A stretch of 64,000 nt of DNA. Origin: a virus. The notes beneath the pieces were generated by a model, which searched no databases, was not told where the DNA came from, and saw only the letters and a list, made by a program, of their open reading frames with translations. The first letter of the stretch is position 1, and every line of letters begins with the position of its first letter. Made by a program: the position numbers and the translations under genes. The stretch spans positions 1 through 64,000 of the IMG/VR virus record IMGVR_UViG_3300028786_000006. One strand, written 5' to 3'. Below are positions 36,617 to 46,800 of this stretch, one piece after another.

Positions 36617-37182
36617 AGTGGTTTCCCCTGGGTGATTTTGAATGCGGTGTCGAGGACTGCCCAAGCGTCAGTCAGGTCGTCGATTGGCTTGACGTACGGC
36701 TTGTCCAGTTTGACGATCTTGTGCATTTCGACCATGAACAGGTCGTTGAACGCATCGACCATGGCCTCCTTCTTCGAGTTACCCTTACCGCTGTGATGTT
36801 TCTTGACAGTGGAGGGCGAAGGAGGCGTGGCTATTTCGATACCGGCCTTCCAGAGCATCTGCTTGAGGGCGCCGCCGTTTTCCGCCATGTTGAACACGAG
36901 GCCGGACGACGAACCCATCGAATAGCCTTCAATGGCTACTTTCTGAACCCCGTGTTCCAACATGATATCCCTGGCCCAGAGCGCGTTGTTGTGATAACGC
37001 TCTTCGTCGCAGGAGTATGGTGGGAGGGTCTGGATGGTGACGTTACCGAAGCGCCCGGCCTTCGTCTTGTATTCGCAAAGGCTGAACATCTTCACGTTTT
37101 CAAACTTCAGGGGCTGGGCGCTGTCGTAAATCGCAATGGCCGGCGAGTTCATCGAATAATCGACGCCCGCAAAAACGGTCAT
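36613..37182 (-). CDS. RuvC-like Holliday junction resolvase
   Basis: GVDYSMNSPAI, IEGYS, GKGNS.KE.M, DDLTDA. Confidence 0.85.
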   Translation of the reverse strand: MTVFAGVDYSMNSPAIAIYDSAQPLKFENVKMFSLCEYKTKAGRFGNVTIQTLPPYSCDEERYHNNALWARDIMLEHGVQKVAIEGYSMGSSSGLVFNMAENGGALKQMLWKAGIEIATPPSPSTVKKHHSGKGNSKKEAMVDAFNDLFMVEMHKIVKLDKPYVKPIDDLTDAWAVLDTAFKITQGKPL

Positions 37183-37346
37183 TCCTCGTCACCATCTTCG
37201 ACAGGTTCTTCGGTTTGGGTTGCATCAACTACGTCCTGGCCGCCACAGATGGGACAGAATGCCGGTTGGTCTTCGCGGCGGGTCAGGACGTAGAAGGTTT
37301 CGTCGCAGTCAGCGCAACTCAACAGATGTTTGAAAGTGTTGGACAT
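37179..37346 (-). CDS. small Zn-ribbon protein with acidic tail (55 aa, absent from ORF track)
   Basis: MSNTFKHLLSCADC...FCPICGG; GGAG SD. Confidence 0.7.
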   Translation of the reverse strand: MSNTFKHLLSCADCDETFYVLTRREDQPAFCPICGGQDVVDATQTEEPVEDGDEE

Positions 37347-37361
37347 CGATACTCCGGGAGA

Positions 37362-37604
37362 TCAGTTTGAAAGAACGTGTTCCCGGAAAGAAGTGAAGTC
37401 ACCAATGTGACGCTCGTCCAGGAACACTTGAGGGAAAGACCGGGGCGGGTTGCCGCCTGCCTGCTCTACCTTAGCATTCAAATCTTCGCGAGTGAAATCG
37501 GTGTCCAGCTTGAGCACAGTATGATCAAGCTTACGCGCTTTGCACACAGTGATTACCTGGGTGCATTGCGGGCAGTTTTCCTTGGAGTAAATGATGTACC
37601 CCAT
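37362..37604 (-). CDS. glutaredoxin
   Basis: YSKENCPQC, RSFPQVF, IGDF. Confidence 0.9.
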   Translation of the reverse strand: MGYIIYSKENCPQCTQVITVCKARKLDHTVLKLDTDFTREDLNAKVEQAGGNPPRSFPQVFLDERHIGDFTSFREHVLSN

Positions 37605-37606
37605 GA

Positions 37607-38104
37607 TTACAGCTTGTTACCGTCGAGGCCGACAATGTCGGTGGCCGGGGTGGCGATCTTGACGGCGTTTTCGGAGCTGACCTGACTGGCTGCTTCTTTG
37701 GTCAGTTCGACCACTTTGGCACGCAGGCGGGCTTCGTCGCTGACAGCCTTGGCTTCGTACGCAACCTGGCCGAAATGAATCTGACCTTCGTTGGCACCGA
37801 AACCGGCGGCATGCGGGTCCATGTAGATCAGACCAAACTTGGTGGCGAATGCGTGGGAAGCAACGGCCAGGAAGTGGATGTCGCCGTCGAGGCTGACGGA
37901 AATGGCGTCGAACAGATCATCCTTGCCGTCCTGGTGGACGTCCAGGGCGATGCAGATGGTGCCGTACGGGCCGATCATCCACTTGGCACCTTTGTCGCCG
38001 TCTTGCAGCGTGAAGGTGAACTCCTGATTACCTTTGAAGGCTTCAGTGGCGTAGGCCTGGATTTCGTCGATGCGGGCCTGCAATTGTTCTGGGGTGCGGG
38101 ACAT
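37607..38104 (-). CDS. hypothetical protein
   Basis: GGAG SD; host-like codon usage. Confidence 0.7.
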   Translation of the reverse strand: MSRTPEQLQARIDEIQAYATEAFKGNQEFTFTLQDGDKGAKWMIGPYGTICIALDVHQDGKDDLFDAISVSLDGDIHFLAVASHAFATKFGLIYMDPHAAGFGANEGQIHFGQVAYEAKAVSDEARLRAKVVELTKEAASQVSSENAVKIATPATDIVGLDGNKL

Positions 38105-38195
38105 TCAAAACTCCGTTGTATCATGATTGGTTGAACGGGGCAAACTATACCCCGCCCGTGTTGTATCTCAAATGGTTTCTACGCTCAAACGGCGG

Positions 38196-39227
38196 TTAGT
38201 CCCACTCAAGACCTTTGTCTTGGTAGTCGAGCACTTTCGCCTTCTCGAAGAAGTTCGACTCGATCACGATGCCGTGCTGGCCCATGTAGTCATTGATCCA
38301 AGGCATGGTGTCCTTAGTGACCTCTGGGAACACACGTTGGAGGCTCAGAAGGTCACAACCTTCGTTGGCCAGGAACTTGGTGCCACCCTCGACGATCTCA
38401 GGGGTGTAGCCCGGCAACCCGCCGTCAGCGATGTGGAGGCCCCACTGGATTTCCAGAAGCGCGCCGGTCTTGATGATCTGACGGCAGTCTTCCAGCACTT
38501 CGGTAGTGAACAGCTCAGGACGCTCAGCCTTCAGGTCATGCCACATGTCGCTGAACAGGTAGGTGTGTTCAGTTTCGTCGCGGGCGATGTATCGGATGTT
38601 GTTGGACACACCCGGGAACTTGCCGCCGTTGCGGTTTTGGCTGAAGAACAGACGGAAGCCGGAGTTGAACATGATCTTCTCGATCACGATGTTACCGGCG
38701 ATGGCCCGCACGAAGTTTTCAGGGGAGTAGTCGTCACGCAGGAGCGAGGTCAGGCGCAGGACGTGCTCGTTCTTGTCAGCCAGCAACGGGTTGGTGCGGT
38801 ACAGGCTGTACGTTGCGTCTGGGTCCATCCCCAGGGTGTCCACGATCCGACCGTAGGTCAGGCAGTGAATCATTTCCTGTCGGGTCTGCTCGGTCAGAGC
38901 GAAGATGTACTCAGGGGTGGTGATGTGCTGCCCGATTGAGGTGGCCAAGGTGCTGAGCTGGATACCGTCCAGGTTGGACAGGAAGCCCAGGGCGCGCTGG
39001 ATTGCCTGGCGCAGCTTGGGGGTGGCCGCTTCATAGTGAGAGCGGTCGACGACCATCTCAACGTCAAAATGTGTCCACTGGTCGTGGATCATCTTTTCCA
39101 GGCGGCGGATCGGTTTGTCATACTTGCACGGACTCACCTTCATCATGTTGTCATTGACACCTTCGATGATACGGCGGTCTTCCAAGCGGACGAACTTCAG
39201 TTTTTCGGGTTGAGCGGTGCTCGTCAT
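38196..39227 (-). CDS. nrdB: ribonucleotide reductase beta subunit
   Basis: LDGIQ, EMIH...Y, IE..F.SGF, RDETEH, NFFE. Confidence 0.92.
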   Translation of the reverse strand: MTSTAQPEKLKFVRLEDRRIIEGVNDNMMKVSPCKYDKPIRRLEKMIHDQWTHFDVEMVVDRSHYEAATPKLRQAIQRALGFLSNLDGIQLSTLATSIGQHITTPEYIFALTEQTRQEMIHCLTYGRIVDTLGMDPDATYSLYRTNPLLADKNEHVLRLTSLLRDDYSPENFVRAIAGNIVIEKIMFNSGFRLFFSQNRNGGKFPGVSNNIRYIARDETEHTYLFSDMWHDLKAERPELFTTEVLEDCRQIIKTGALLEIQWGLHIADGGLPGYTPEIVEGGTKFLANEGCDLLSLQRVFPEVTKDTMPWINDYMGQHGIVIESNFFEKAKVLDYQDKGLEWD

Positions 39228-39327
39228 TCTTACTCCGGGACAATGATACCACCAGTACAACGGGTCTGGTAGGAGGGGAAAGCACCGGAGGCGGCACGAG
39301 AGGCAGCCTCCGGGGTAGGTCAGGGTG

Positions 39328-41604
39328 TTACTGGCAGGACTCGCAAACTTCACCGCTGTCCTGGTGGAATTCAGGCTCTTCCTTCAGAACGACCGGTGGG
39401 TTATTCATGTCACCGTTCTGCTGTTCGCCGGAACCGGCTTCAGACTGGACCGGCTTGTTGCGCAGGTAATACGACGTCTTGTTGCCGCCGTCGTACATGC
39501 GGAAGTACCAGTCGTTCAGGGTGCGACCCTTGTGCTTCAGTGGGTCACGGTACAGGTTGGTGGACTGGCCTTGGTCGATCCACTTGGCGCGCACGGTGGC
39601 CGCGTCGATGATCCAGATCTGGTCAACTTCCCAGACGGTCTTCACCAGGTCAGGGCGGTTATACTTCGCCAGAGGGTTGATGATCTTGAAGTTCCCCGAG
39701 AGGTTCTCTTTGACCAGCACACGCTCGTTGATCGGCTGGGTGACTTCGGTGGTACCAACGATGTTGGCGATGGTCGCGGTAGGGGCCAGGGCGATGATGT
39801 TGCAGTTACGCATACCACCTTTGACGTACTCACGCAGCTCTTGCCACTCGGCTTCGCTGTACACAGACTTGGTCTGGTTACGGGCGGTGTCGATGGTCAG
39901 GATACCTTTGGACCACAACGAACCTTCGAACGACTCGTACGAGCCGCGCTCGCGGGCCAGTTCTGCGGACGCACGGATCGATTCATATGACATGATCTCG
40001 AACAGCTCGTCGGCCCACTTCAGGTGCTCTTCGCTTTCGAAGTCGATGCCACATGCAACCAGGGCCTCTGCGTAACCCATCATACCCAGGCCGATCGGGC
40101 GGTGCTTCATGTTGCTGTTGCGAGCCTGTTCGGTTGGGTAGAAGTTCAGGTCGATCACGTTGTCCAGGTTGCGGACAGCCAGGCGGATGGTCTTGCGCAG
40201 CTTCACGCGGTCGATCTCGCCATGCTTTACGTGCTTGGAGCCGTTGATCGAGCCCAGGTTGCAGACGAAGTGCTCGTCCTTGCTGTTGTTCAGGATGATC
40301 TCAGTGCACAGGTTGCTGTTGTGCACGACACCAACGTGTTGCTGTGGGTTGCGACGATTGGACTCGTCCTTCCAGGTGTTCCACGGCGCACCGGTACGGG
40401 TCAGGCGATCCAACATACGCTGCCACAGCTCGAAGGCTGGGACTTGCTTGCGGGCCAGGAAGTTGGCTTCAGCTTCCAGGTAACCACGTTCGAACTCTTC
40501 CCCCCACGTTTCGTGGAGGTGTGGTACGTCGTTCGGGCAGAACAGGGACCACATTTCCTTGTTACGAACCCGTTCCATGAACAGGTCAGGGATCCAGGCC
40601 GCCGGGTACACGTCACGTGCACGCAGGTAGTCGTCACCGGATTGCAGCTTCAGGTCTACGAAGTCAGGGAAGTTCAGGTGCCACACTTCCATGTACGGTG
40701 CGAATGCGCCCTTGCGCTTGCCGCCCTGGTCGACCGAGACCGCTGTATCGTTGTAGATCTTGATGTACGGGATCGGGCCGCTGGACTTGCCGTTGGTCGA
40801 CTTGATGTGCGAGCCCATGGCCCGTACCGGGGTCCAGTCGCTGCCAACACCGCCAGAGAACTTGCTCAGCAGGGCGCAGTGCTTGAATCCGTCGAAGATG
40901 TCAACGATGTCATCCTGGAACTGCGTACCGTAGCAGCTGGACATCTGGCTGTGGTTGGTGCAGCTGTTGAACAGCGTCGGGGTGCTGTTCATGAAATCGA
41001 ACGAAGACAGCAGGTGGTAGGTCTCGATCGCAGCAGCCGTCGGGTCTTTTTCCAGCAGGCTCAGACCCATGGCCACACGCATGAACATGTGCTGAGGCAG
41101 CTCATACACGCGGGAGCGCTTACCGTGCAACTGCGGAGAACGCAGGAGGTATCGGTCAGCGATGGTCTGGATGCCCTGGTACGTGAACTGGTCATCACGA
41201 TGGATGTGTTCAAATACCACATCACACAGAGCATCGATGTCGAAGAAGCCTTCGGACAGTACCAGAGGATTCAGGTGACCGAAGTTTACTCCGGTCTCCA
41301 GGTAGGTGCGGAGTTCGCCGTAGTGAGCAACGAACGTACCGGCTTCCTTCTTCAGTTCTTTGATCACGAAGCGGGCCGCGACCTTGTCGAACTCCGGGCT
41401 TTCTTCGCTGATCAGGCCGGCGGCGGTGTTCTTCAGCGCCACGTTGATCTCGGCGGTGGTCATATCATCGAAGAACTGCATGTTGAGGTTCGCCAAAAGC
41501 TCGGCGCGGTTGACGTTCAGGCCTTCGCACACCTCTTCAGCTTGGCGGGCGATTCGAGTGGCGTCAAAGTCGGCTCGATTACCGTCGGACTTGATTACTT
41601 GCAT
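39328..41604 (-). CDS. nrdA: ribonucleotide reductase alpha subunit (with ATP-cone)
   Basis: VIKSDG cone, SSC, SNLCTEI, VCNLGS, APTA, SYY, CESC. Confidence 0.96.
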   Translation of the reverse strand: MQVIKSDGNRADFDATRIARQAEEVCEGLNVNRAELLANLNMQFFDDMTTAEINVALKNTAAGLISEESPEFDKVAARFVIKELKKEAGTFVAHYGELRTYLETGVNFGHLNPLVLSEGFFDIDALCDVVFEHIHRDDQFTYQGIQTIADRYLLRSPQLHGKRSRVYELPQHMFMRVAMGLSLLEKDPTAAAIETYHLLSSFDFMNSTPTLFNSCTNHSQMSSCYGTQFQDDIVDIFDGFKHCALLSKFSGGVGSDWTPVRAMGSHIKSTNGKSSGPIPYIKIYNDTAVSVDQGGKRKGAFAPYMEVWHLNFPDFVDLKLQSGDDYLRARDVYPAAWIPDLFMERVRNKEMWSLFCPNDVPHLHETWGEEFERGYLEAEANFLARKQVPAFELWQRMLDRLTRTGAPWNTWKDESNRRNPQQHVGVVHNSNLCTEIILNNSKDEHFVCNLGSINGSKHVKHGEIDRVKLRKTIRLAVRNLDNVIDLNFYPTEQARNSNMKHRPIGLGMMGYAEALVACGIDFESEEHLKWADELFEIMSYESIRASAELARERGSYESFEGSLWSKGILTIDTARNQTKSVYSEAEWQELREYVKGGMRNCNIIALAPTATIANIVGTTEVTQPINERVLVKENLSGNFKIINPLAKYNRPDLVKTVWEVDQIWIIDAATVRAKWIDQGQSTNLYRDPLKHKGRTLNDWYFRMYDGGNKTSYYLRNKPVQSEAGSGEQQNGDMNNPPVVLKEEPEFHQDSGEVCESCQ

Positions 41605-41672
41605 GGATACTCCTGTGGTTGAAACATGATCGCTAAGCAACCTCAGCGACCGATTAATCTATGGAGGACAAA

Positions 41673-42407
41673 ATGAGTCTGCCAATTCTACCCAAGGCCA
41701 CGTTCCCGTACAAGAACAAGTGGCTCAAGGGCGCTATTAAATTTCACCCTTTCACCTGCGGCCAGGAATCTATCTTGGTTCAAGTGAAGGATTCGGAAGA
41801 CCCGAAAGAAAAGCTTGTGGCAATCGCCCAAATTCTGGACGAGTGTGTTACCGGCGCTGACTCTCAGACCTTGCCGCTGTTTGCGGTTGAAGATCTGTTC
41901 CTGCGAATTCGCGAGAAGTCTGCCGGCGAAACCCTGTCGCTGACTTATGTATGCAGCAACGAGGTGGAGCTCCCAGAAGGCCCCGAAGGAGCCCTGGTCA
42001 AACGTTCGTGTAACACCCCGGTAAACGTGGTGATCAACCTCAAGGAAGTCCAGTTACAGCAGGAGGGCGAGCACATCACCACCTTCCAGGTGTCTGAAGA
42101 CATCGGTATCAAGATGACTTATCCGACCCTGAAGTCGGCATCAGCTTCGGACTCCAACCCGGCGGCCATCGTGCTGTCCTGCATCGAAAGCATCTTCGAC
42201 GCCGAGACCGTTTACCCGGCCGCTGATAGCACGCCTGAAGAACTCAAACAGTTCTACAACAGCATGCCGCTGTCAGTCAAGAACGAAATCAAACTCAAGT
42301 TCTTCGACAGTATGCCCACCCTGCGTTACACCATCAAGGCCAAGTGCCCGAAATGCGGTTACGACCACGTCCAGGAGATTGAGTCCCTCAACAGCATTTT
42401 CACCTGA
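41673..42407 (+). CDS. baseplate hub assembly protein (gp26-like)
   Basis: F.PFT..QE, LFLRIR.KS.GE, IGIKMTYP, FFDSMP, CPKCG. Confidence 0.85.
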   Translation: MSLPILPKATFPYKNKWLKGAIKFHPFTCGQESILVQVKDSEDPKEKLVAIAQILDECVTGADSQTLPLFAVEDLFLRIREKSAGETLSLTYVCSNEVELPEGPEGALVKRSCNTPVNVVINLKEVQLQQEGEHITTFQVSEDIGIKMTYPTLKSASASDSNPAAIVLSCIESIFDAETVYPAADSTPEELKQFYNSMPLSVKNEIKLKFFDSMPTLRYTIKAKCPKCGYDHVQEIESLNSIFT

Positions 42408-42580
42408 TGTTTGAATTGGAGCTCATTGAATATTTTGAGATTGGTCATATCCTGAAGCGTGATTGCGACATAACCCTCACCGAGTACAATGCGATGCTGC
42501 CATGGCACCGTGAAGTGTACACCACCCTCATCAAGCGGGATCAACAAGCCGAAGCACAACGTCAGACCGGGCGGAGGTAA
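42407..42580 (+). CDS. small baseplate assembly protein (gp51-like, 57 aa, absent from ORF track)
   Basis: TGATG coupling; LTEYNAMLPWHREVY. Confidence 0.75.
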   Translation: MFELELIEYFEIGHILKRDCDITLTEYNAMLPWHREVYTTLIKRDQQAEAQRQTGRR

Positions 42581-42638
42581 TCCTCCCCCTCCCTGGCGGG
42601 TCTCTAATTAGCTGAGACAACCAAATTCGGATACCGCT

Positions 42639-45600
42639 ATGATCGACAATCCTTCCCTGTTTTTTGGCACGGTTGAGGACGTAGACGACCCTCTCCAAGT
42701 GGGGCGGGTCCGCGTTCGCGTCGTCGCCATGCACTCTACCAACAAATCCCTAATCCCCACTGAATCATTGCCTTGGAGCCACGTCAGCTCCGATGCAAAC
42801 AACGCCGCGTTCGACGGCCTGGGCTGGTCCCCAACTGGTATTCAGGTTGGCACCGTGGTCTGGGGCTTCTATACCGATGGTGATAAGCTGGAACCGTTTG
42901 TCGTTGGCACCTATCATGGTGTCGGGGAGGACGGTACTCACGACGTGAACCCGTTGGCTCGGGGTATTGTTAGCCCCGCGATGGCAGCCAATAAGACGCA
43001 GTTCGCTACAGCGGGCGTCGGGGTACGGGCTACGAGTCCGAATAGTACTCCAGAGGAGGACGCCGGGCAAGCGCAAACCAGCTCTGGGGGCGCTGCCGAC
43101 CCGGCTTTAGCAGTCAAAAACGATATCTCGGCGAAACAGGCTGCTCAACTGGAAACGGTCAAGTTGACTGATGCCCAGGTTGCCACTCTGAAGTCCGTAT
43201 GCGCAGGTGACACCAAGAAGTATGCGTTCATGTGTAACGTGCTGTCAATCGAGAACCGGGGCAAGCCTGCCCCCTCGAACGCAGTCAGCCCGGCGGGCGC
43301 GGCGGGACCATTCCAACTGATGCCTGCTACGGCCAAGGCCGTGGGTCTCACTGGGGTTGGCGGTGCCAACGACGAACGGAACAGTTTCCCTGCTGCAGCC
43401 GGCGGCGTAAGCGACCTGTATGACGAACTGAATAAGCGATACAATGGCAACCGCCGGGGCATGTACGCCGATTATAACGGTGGTCCCAAGTTCGGCAAAG
43501 CCGAAGTGGCCGGTTCGCCGCTCAGCAACAGCGAGAACAATCAGTATGTGGCGATGGCCATGTACCTGGAAGAAAAGAACGGCACCTCCACGCCACCAGC
43601 CCAACCCAACACCGACCCAGATACCACCAACGAATTCGACCCGAACAAGTGGATGTCGATCGCTGAGAAGGAAATCGGTATCAAGGAGGTCAGCGGTTCT
43701 GGTGCGAACGCTCGGATCCTCGAGTACCACGCCCAGACCAGCCTCAATGCATCCAGCGACGAAACCCCTTGGTGTTCAGCGTTCGCATGCTGGGTGATGA
43801 AACAGGCCGGTATCGCTGGTACACGCTCCGCATCCGCTCGGTCGTGGGTGAACTGGGGTTCATCCCTGACTGGCCCCCGGTACGGTGCCGTGGTTGTCAT
43901 CACACGCGGTAACGACCCTCGGTTGGGTCACGTTGGCTTCGTCTCGCGGTTTGACAAGGACTATGTGTGGCTGCTCGCGGGTAACCAGACTGACTCGGTC
44001 AGCGTTGTACGGTTCAGCCGCGCCAACGTATTGGCCTACCGCTGGCCAGGCCCCACCAACACCCTGGAAGCGGTGTCTGAGGCTGAAGCCAACCCAACCT
44101 GGTCCCAACCTATCGGCGGTGCAACCGTCTTCGTCCCACCAGCCGCCGGGGCGCCGATCGTTGTTGGTGCAGGCCCGTACCCTCACAACCGGGTATTCCA
44201 GAGCAAATCTGGGCACGTGATCGAGCTGGATGATACGCCGGGCAACGCCCGGATGCATCACTACCACATGTCCGGCACCTTCCGTGAAGTACTGAACGAA
44301 GGCACCCTGACAGACAAGAGTGTTCAGGATCGGTACACAATCACCACGTTCAACAGCTATGAGATGGTCGGGAAGAATTACAGCCTGACGGTCAATGGCA
44401 CAGCATACCATCGGTATGGCGGCGCGGCGGTGTTTCACAGCGATACCACGCTCTTCCTGGAAGGTGGGTCCCGGGTCCAGGTAAACTCGCCACTGGTAGC
44501 ATTCAGTGAACAGATCGCGGCCCCTTCGGCTTCGTTCCAGGCTCTGGACGTGCTGGGTGTCATCGAGGGCACTTGTAAGAACGCCCTGTGGGCAGCCCAG
44601 GCTGGTAGCATCGGCGGCGCGGCCCAGGCCGTCATCAACAAGAATATCAACACCGCGATGGAGGCATCCGTCAAGGCCGCTCAGGACATGTCTGCTGACA
44701 AGTTCACCGCTTCCTTCGGGCCAACCCCTCCCGCCGCTTCTACGGCACGAGAGGGTGATATCTGGGTGCCTACCGGCGTTTCAGGTACACAAAGTGGACA
44801 GCAGATCTTTAAAGACGGAGCCTGGGTCCCAGATACCGAATCCAAGGTCAGGATGGTCCCAGTTACCGCCGCTGGTGAAGACGGGAAGCCGACCTACTTC
44901 ATCCCTGACTCAGCTACCCCGGTCACGGTCATCGCAGGTTCTTCTGAGCCTATCCTGTCTGAACTGGAGAAAGCTGAAGCTGGGCACATGTGGGTCAACA
45001 AGCTCACTGGTGTCGTGAAAGAATGGGCGCCGGTGGCAATGAAGTGGGCTGTGGTCGGTGGCATGGCCGCGAAGATTTACTCGGATGACACGAACAATGT
45101 TGGCGGGCAACCGGCCGGCGTGGTAGCGTCCAAGGCGATCGACGGTTACGAGAAGGCTGTTCAGGCCCTCAGCTCCCTGGCCAAAACGAGCACGGCACTG
45201 GATGGCCAGGTGAAGTCGTTCTACCAGGAATCTGAGCCAACCCCAGAGCAGAACGCGGCGGTGGGTGACTACTGGTTCGACGTCGATAACCAGTACCGGA
45301 TGTACGTGCTGACCATCGTGGACAACGCCCCTGTCTGGAAACGCGACGAGAGCGAAATTGGCATCTTGCTGAAGAACCTCTCAGGCCTTCAGACCGGTAA
45401 GTCCACCACATTCTTCCAGGAAGAAGACCCGACCCTCAACGTGGCCATCCGCGTAGCAACCGGCGACATCTGGTTCCAGCCCGAAGAAAAGCTGTCTCGT
45501 CGATGGGACGGTAGCCAATGGGTCCTGGTGAAAAGTAGCGGTGACTCGATCAACGGCGGTACGATCTCGAACACCAGCATCACCACCAATGCGAACGAGA

Positions 45601-46028
45601 CCCAGGAACGCCTGGTAATCGACTCCGCAACCAACAGCACCAGCTACTACGGCCCTGACGGTACAGGTACAGTCACCGAGCTTGCCCGAACCGGCGGCAC
45701 CAGTGAAGTGGGTACGGAGAGTGTCCAGAAACTCGGGAGCACTACCAGCCCGCTGATCGCACAGGAACTGGAAAGCTCTGCCACCGCGTTGAAGGTAACC
45801 GGTGGTTCAGAGTTCAACGGTCCAGTGTTGATCAAGGATGCGATGGCGACCACCAAACCATTGAAGGTCGGCCCATACATCATCGGTTCCGGTACGCCCC
45901 CGGCCGCCGCGTCTTACCCTTTGTCTATGATGATCTTCGCAACGTCAGACGCTACCCCGGTGGTGACTCCGTGCTACTCAGACGGTGTCAACTGGCGCAA
46001 ATTCAAAGACGACACGGTGTTCATCTAA
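42639..46028 (+). CDS. gp5: baseplate central spike gp5 with SLT and NlpC/P60-like hydrolase domains and long C-terminal extension
   Basis: FFGTVEDVDDPLQVGRVRVR; GAAGPFQLMPATA/YNGGP; DETPWC..GHVGF..GNQ; YPHNRV...SGHVIELDDTPG. Confidence 0.9.
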   Translation: MIDNPSLFFGTVEDVDDPLQVGRVRVRVVAMHSTNKSLIPTESLPWSHVSSDANNAAFDGLGWSPTGIQVGTVVWGFYTDGDKLEPFVVGTYHGVGEDGTHDVNPLARGIVSPAMAANKTQFATAGVGVRATSPNSTPEEDAGQAQTSSGGAADPALAVKNDISAKQAAQLETVKLTDAQVATLKSVCAGDTKKYAFMCNVLSIENRGKPAPSNAVSPAGAAGPFQLMPATAKAVGLTGVGGANDERNSFPAAAGGVSDLYDELNKRYNGNRRGMYADYNGGPKFGKAEVAGSPLSNSENNQYVAMAMYLEEKNGTSTPPAQPNTDPDTTNEFDPNKWMSIAEKEIGIKEVSGSGANARILEYHAQTSLNASSDETPWCSAFACWVMKQAGIAGTRSASARSWVNWGSSLTGPRYGAVVVITRGNDPRLGHVGFVSRFDKDYVWLLAGNQTDSVSVVRFSRANVLAYRWPGPTNTLEAVSEAEANPTWSQPIGGATVFVPPAAGAPIVVGAGPYPHNRVFQSKSGHVIELDDTPGNARMHHYHMSGTFREVLNEGTLTDKSVQDRYTITTFNSYEMVGKNYSLTVNGTAYHRYGGAAVFHSDTTLFLEGGSRVQVNSPLVAFSEQIAAPSASFQALDVLGVIEGTCKNALWAAQAGSIGGAAQAVINKNINTAMEASVKAAQDMSADKFTASFGPTPPAASTAREGDIWVPTGVSGTQSGQQIFKDGAWVPDTESKVRMVPVTAAGEDGKPTYFIPDSATPVTVIAGSSEPILSELEKAEAGHMWVNKLTGVVKEWAPVAMKWAVVGGMAAKIYSDDTNNVGGQPAGVVASKAIDGYEKAVQALSSLAKTSTALDGQVKSFYQESEPTPEQNAAVGDYWFDVDNQYRMYVLTIVDNAPVWKRDESEIGILLKNLSGLQTGKSTTFFQEEDPTLNVAIRVATGDIWFQPEEKLSRRWDGSQWVLVKSSGDSINGGTISNTSITTNANETQERLVIDSATNSTSYYGPDGTGTVTELARTGGTSEVGTESVQKLGSTTSPLIAQELESSATALKVTGGSEFNGPVLIKDAMATTKPLKVGPYIIGSGTPPAAASYPLSMMIFATSDATPVVTPCYSDGVNWRKFKDDTVFI

Positions 46029-46039
46029 GGAGGTGACTT

Positions 46040-46429
46040 GTGGCATCAACGCCTGCATACCGGGACTTCGACCTAACGTTCGGAGCCCACCCAATGTCCG
46101 GTGACGTAAGCATGAGGACTGACGCCGCTGCTGTGCTTCAGTCCATCAAGACCCTGGTTATGAGCATGGAGGAGGAAATCCTCTTTGCCCCCCAGATCGG
46201 CGGCGGGGTGTACAACCTGCTGTTCGACCTGGCCGGGCCGCTTACCGAGATCAACATCAAGAACCGTATCGAGGATACCATCAGGGCATTCGAGCCCCGG
46301 TGCGACCTCAAGACGGTGGTGGTGAACCGCTCGCCCGATGGGCACGGGTTTATCATCAGCCTGCTGTTCTTCATTCTCAACAACCCGGACCCGATCGAAG
46401 CGGTCATCCCGCTGAAGCGTCTCCGCTAA
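46040..46429 (+). CDS. gp25: baseplate wedge gp25
   Basis: YRDFDLTF..HP..GDV, FEPR. Confidence 0.9.
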   Translation: MASTPAYRDFDLTFGAHPMSGDVSMRTDAAAVLQSIKTLVMSMEEEILFAPQIGGGVYNLLFDLAGPLTEINIKNRIEDTIRAFEPRCDLKTVVVNRSPDGHGFIISLLFFILNNPDPIEAVIPLKRLR

Positions 46430-46434
46430 ACGAC

Positions 46435-46475
46435 AAAACCCCCGCCCGGCTTGCGCTGGACGGGGGTTTTCTTTT
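46435..46475. terminator. bidirectional terminator
   Basis: AAAACCCCCGCCCGGC-TTGC-GCTGGACGGGGGTTTT. Confidence 0.8.
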
Positions 46476-46479
46476 GAGG

Positions 46480-46758
46480 TCAGACAACTGTGGGACGCAT
46501 CACCTCGGTGAATTCCTTCAGGATTTGCTCGCGCTCCTCGCCGGTGAATGTATCCGCGTAGACCACCATTGCGTCACGCAATGCGATCTCCATCAAGTCG
46601 GCCATGAGCTTGGACTTGGTGATACCCAACTTATCGGTCAGCATGTTCAGACCCCGGTCGACCCCACCAGGGAGCCGAACCGTGTTCGACATCTTGGGTT
46701 CCTTGTTCGCTGCATTCACCAAACCTTCGACATACTGCTTCACGTTATTCGACAACAT
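46480..46758 (-). CDS. ribbon-helix-helix (CopG-like) DNA-binding protein
   Basis: TVRLP..VDRGLNMLTDKLGITKSKLMADLM. Confidence 0.6.
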   Translation of the reverse strand: MLSNNVKQYVEGLVNAANKEPKMSNTVRLPGGVDRGLNMLTDKLGITKSKLMADLMEIALRDAMVVYADTFTGEEREQILKEFTEVMRPTVV

Positions 46759-46800
46759 CACAATCTCCCAAGTGGCCCCGGTTGCCCAGGGCCGTATCAA

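Noticed and set aside
39228-39353. Extended nrdB N-terminus from the ORF track
   Set aside because: Overlaps the nrdA end and a GC hairpin; GGAG SD supports ATG at 39227
39328-41604. Intein or intron in nrdA, nrdB, gp43 or uvsW
   Set aside because: Continuous ORFs of normal length; no intein end motifs or homing endonuclease seen
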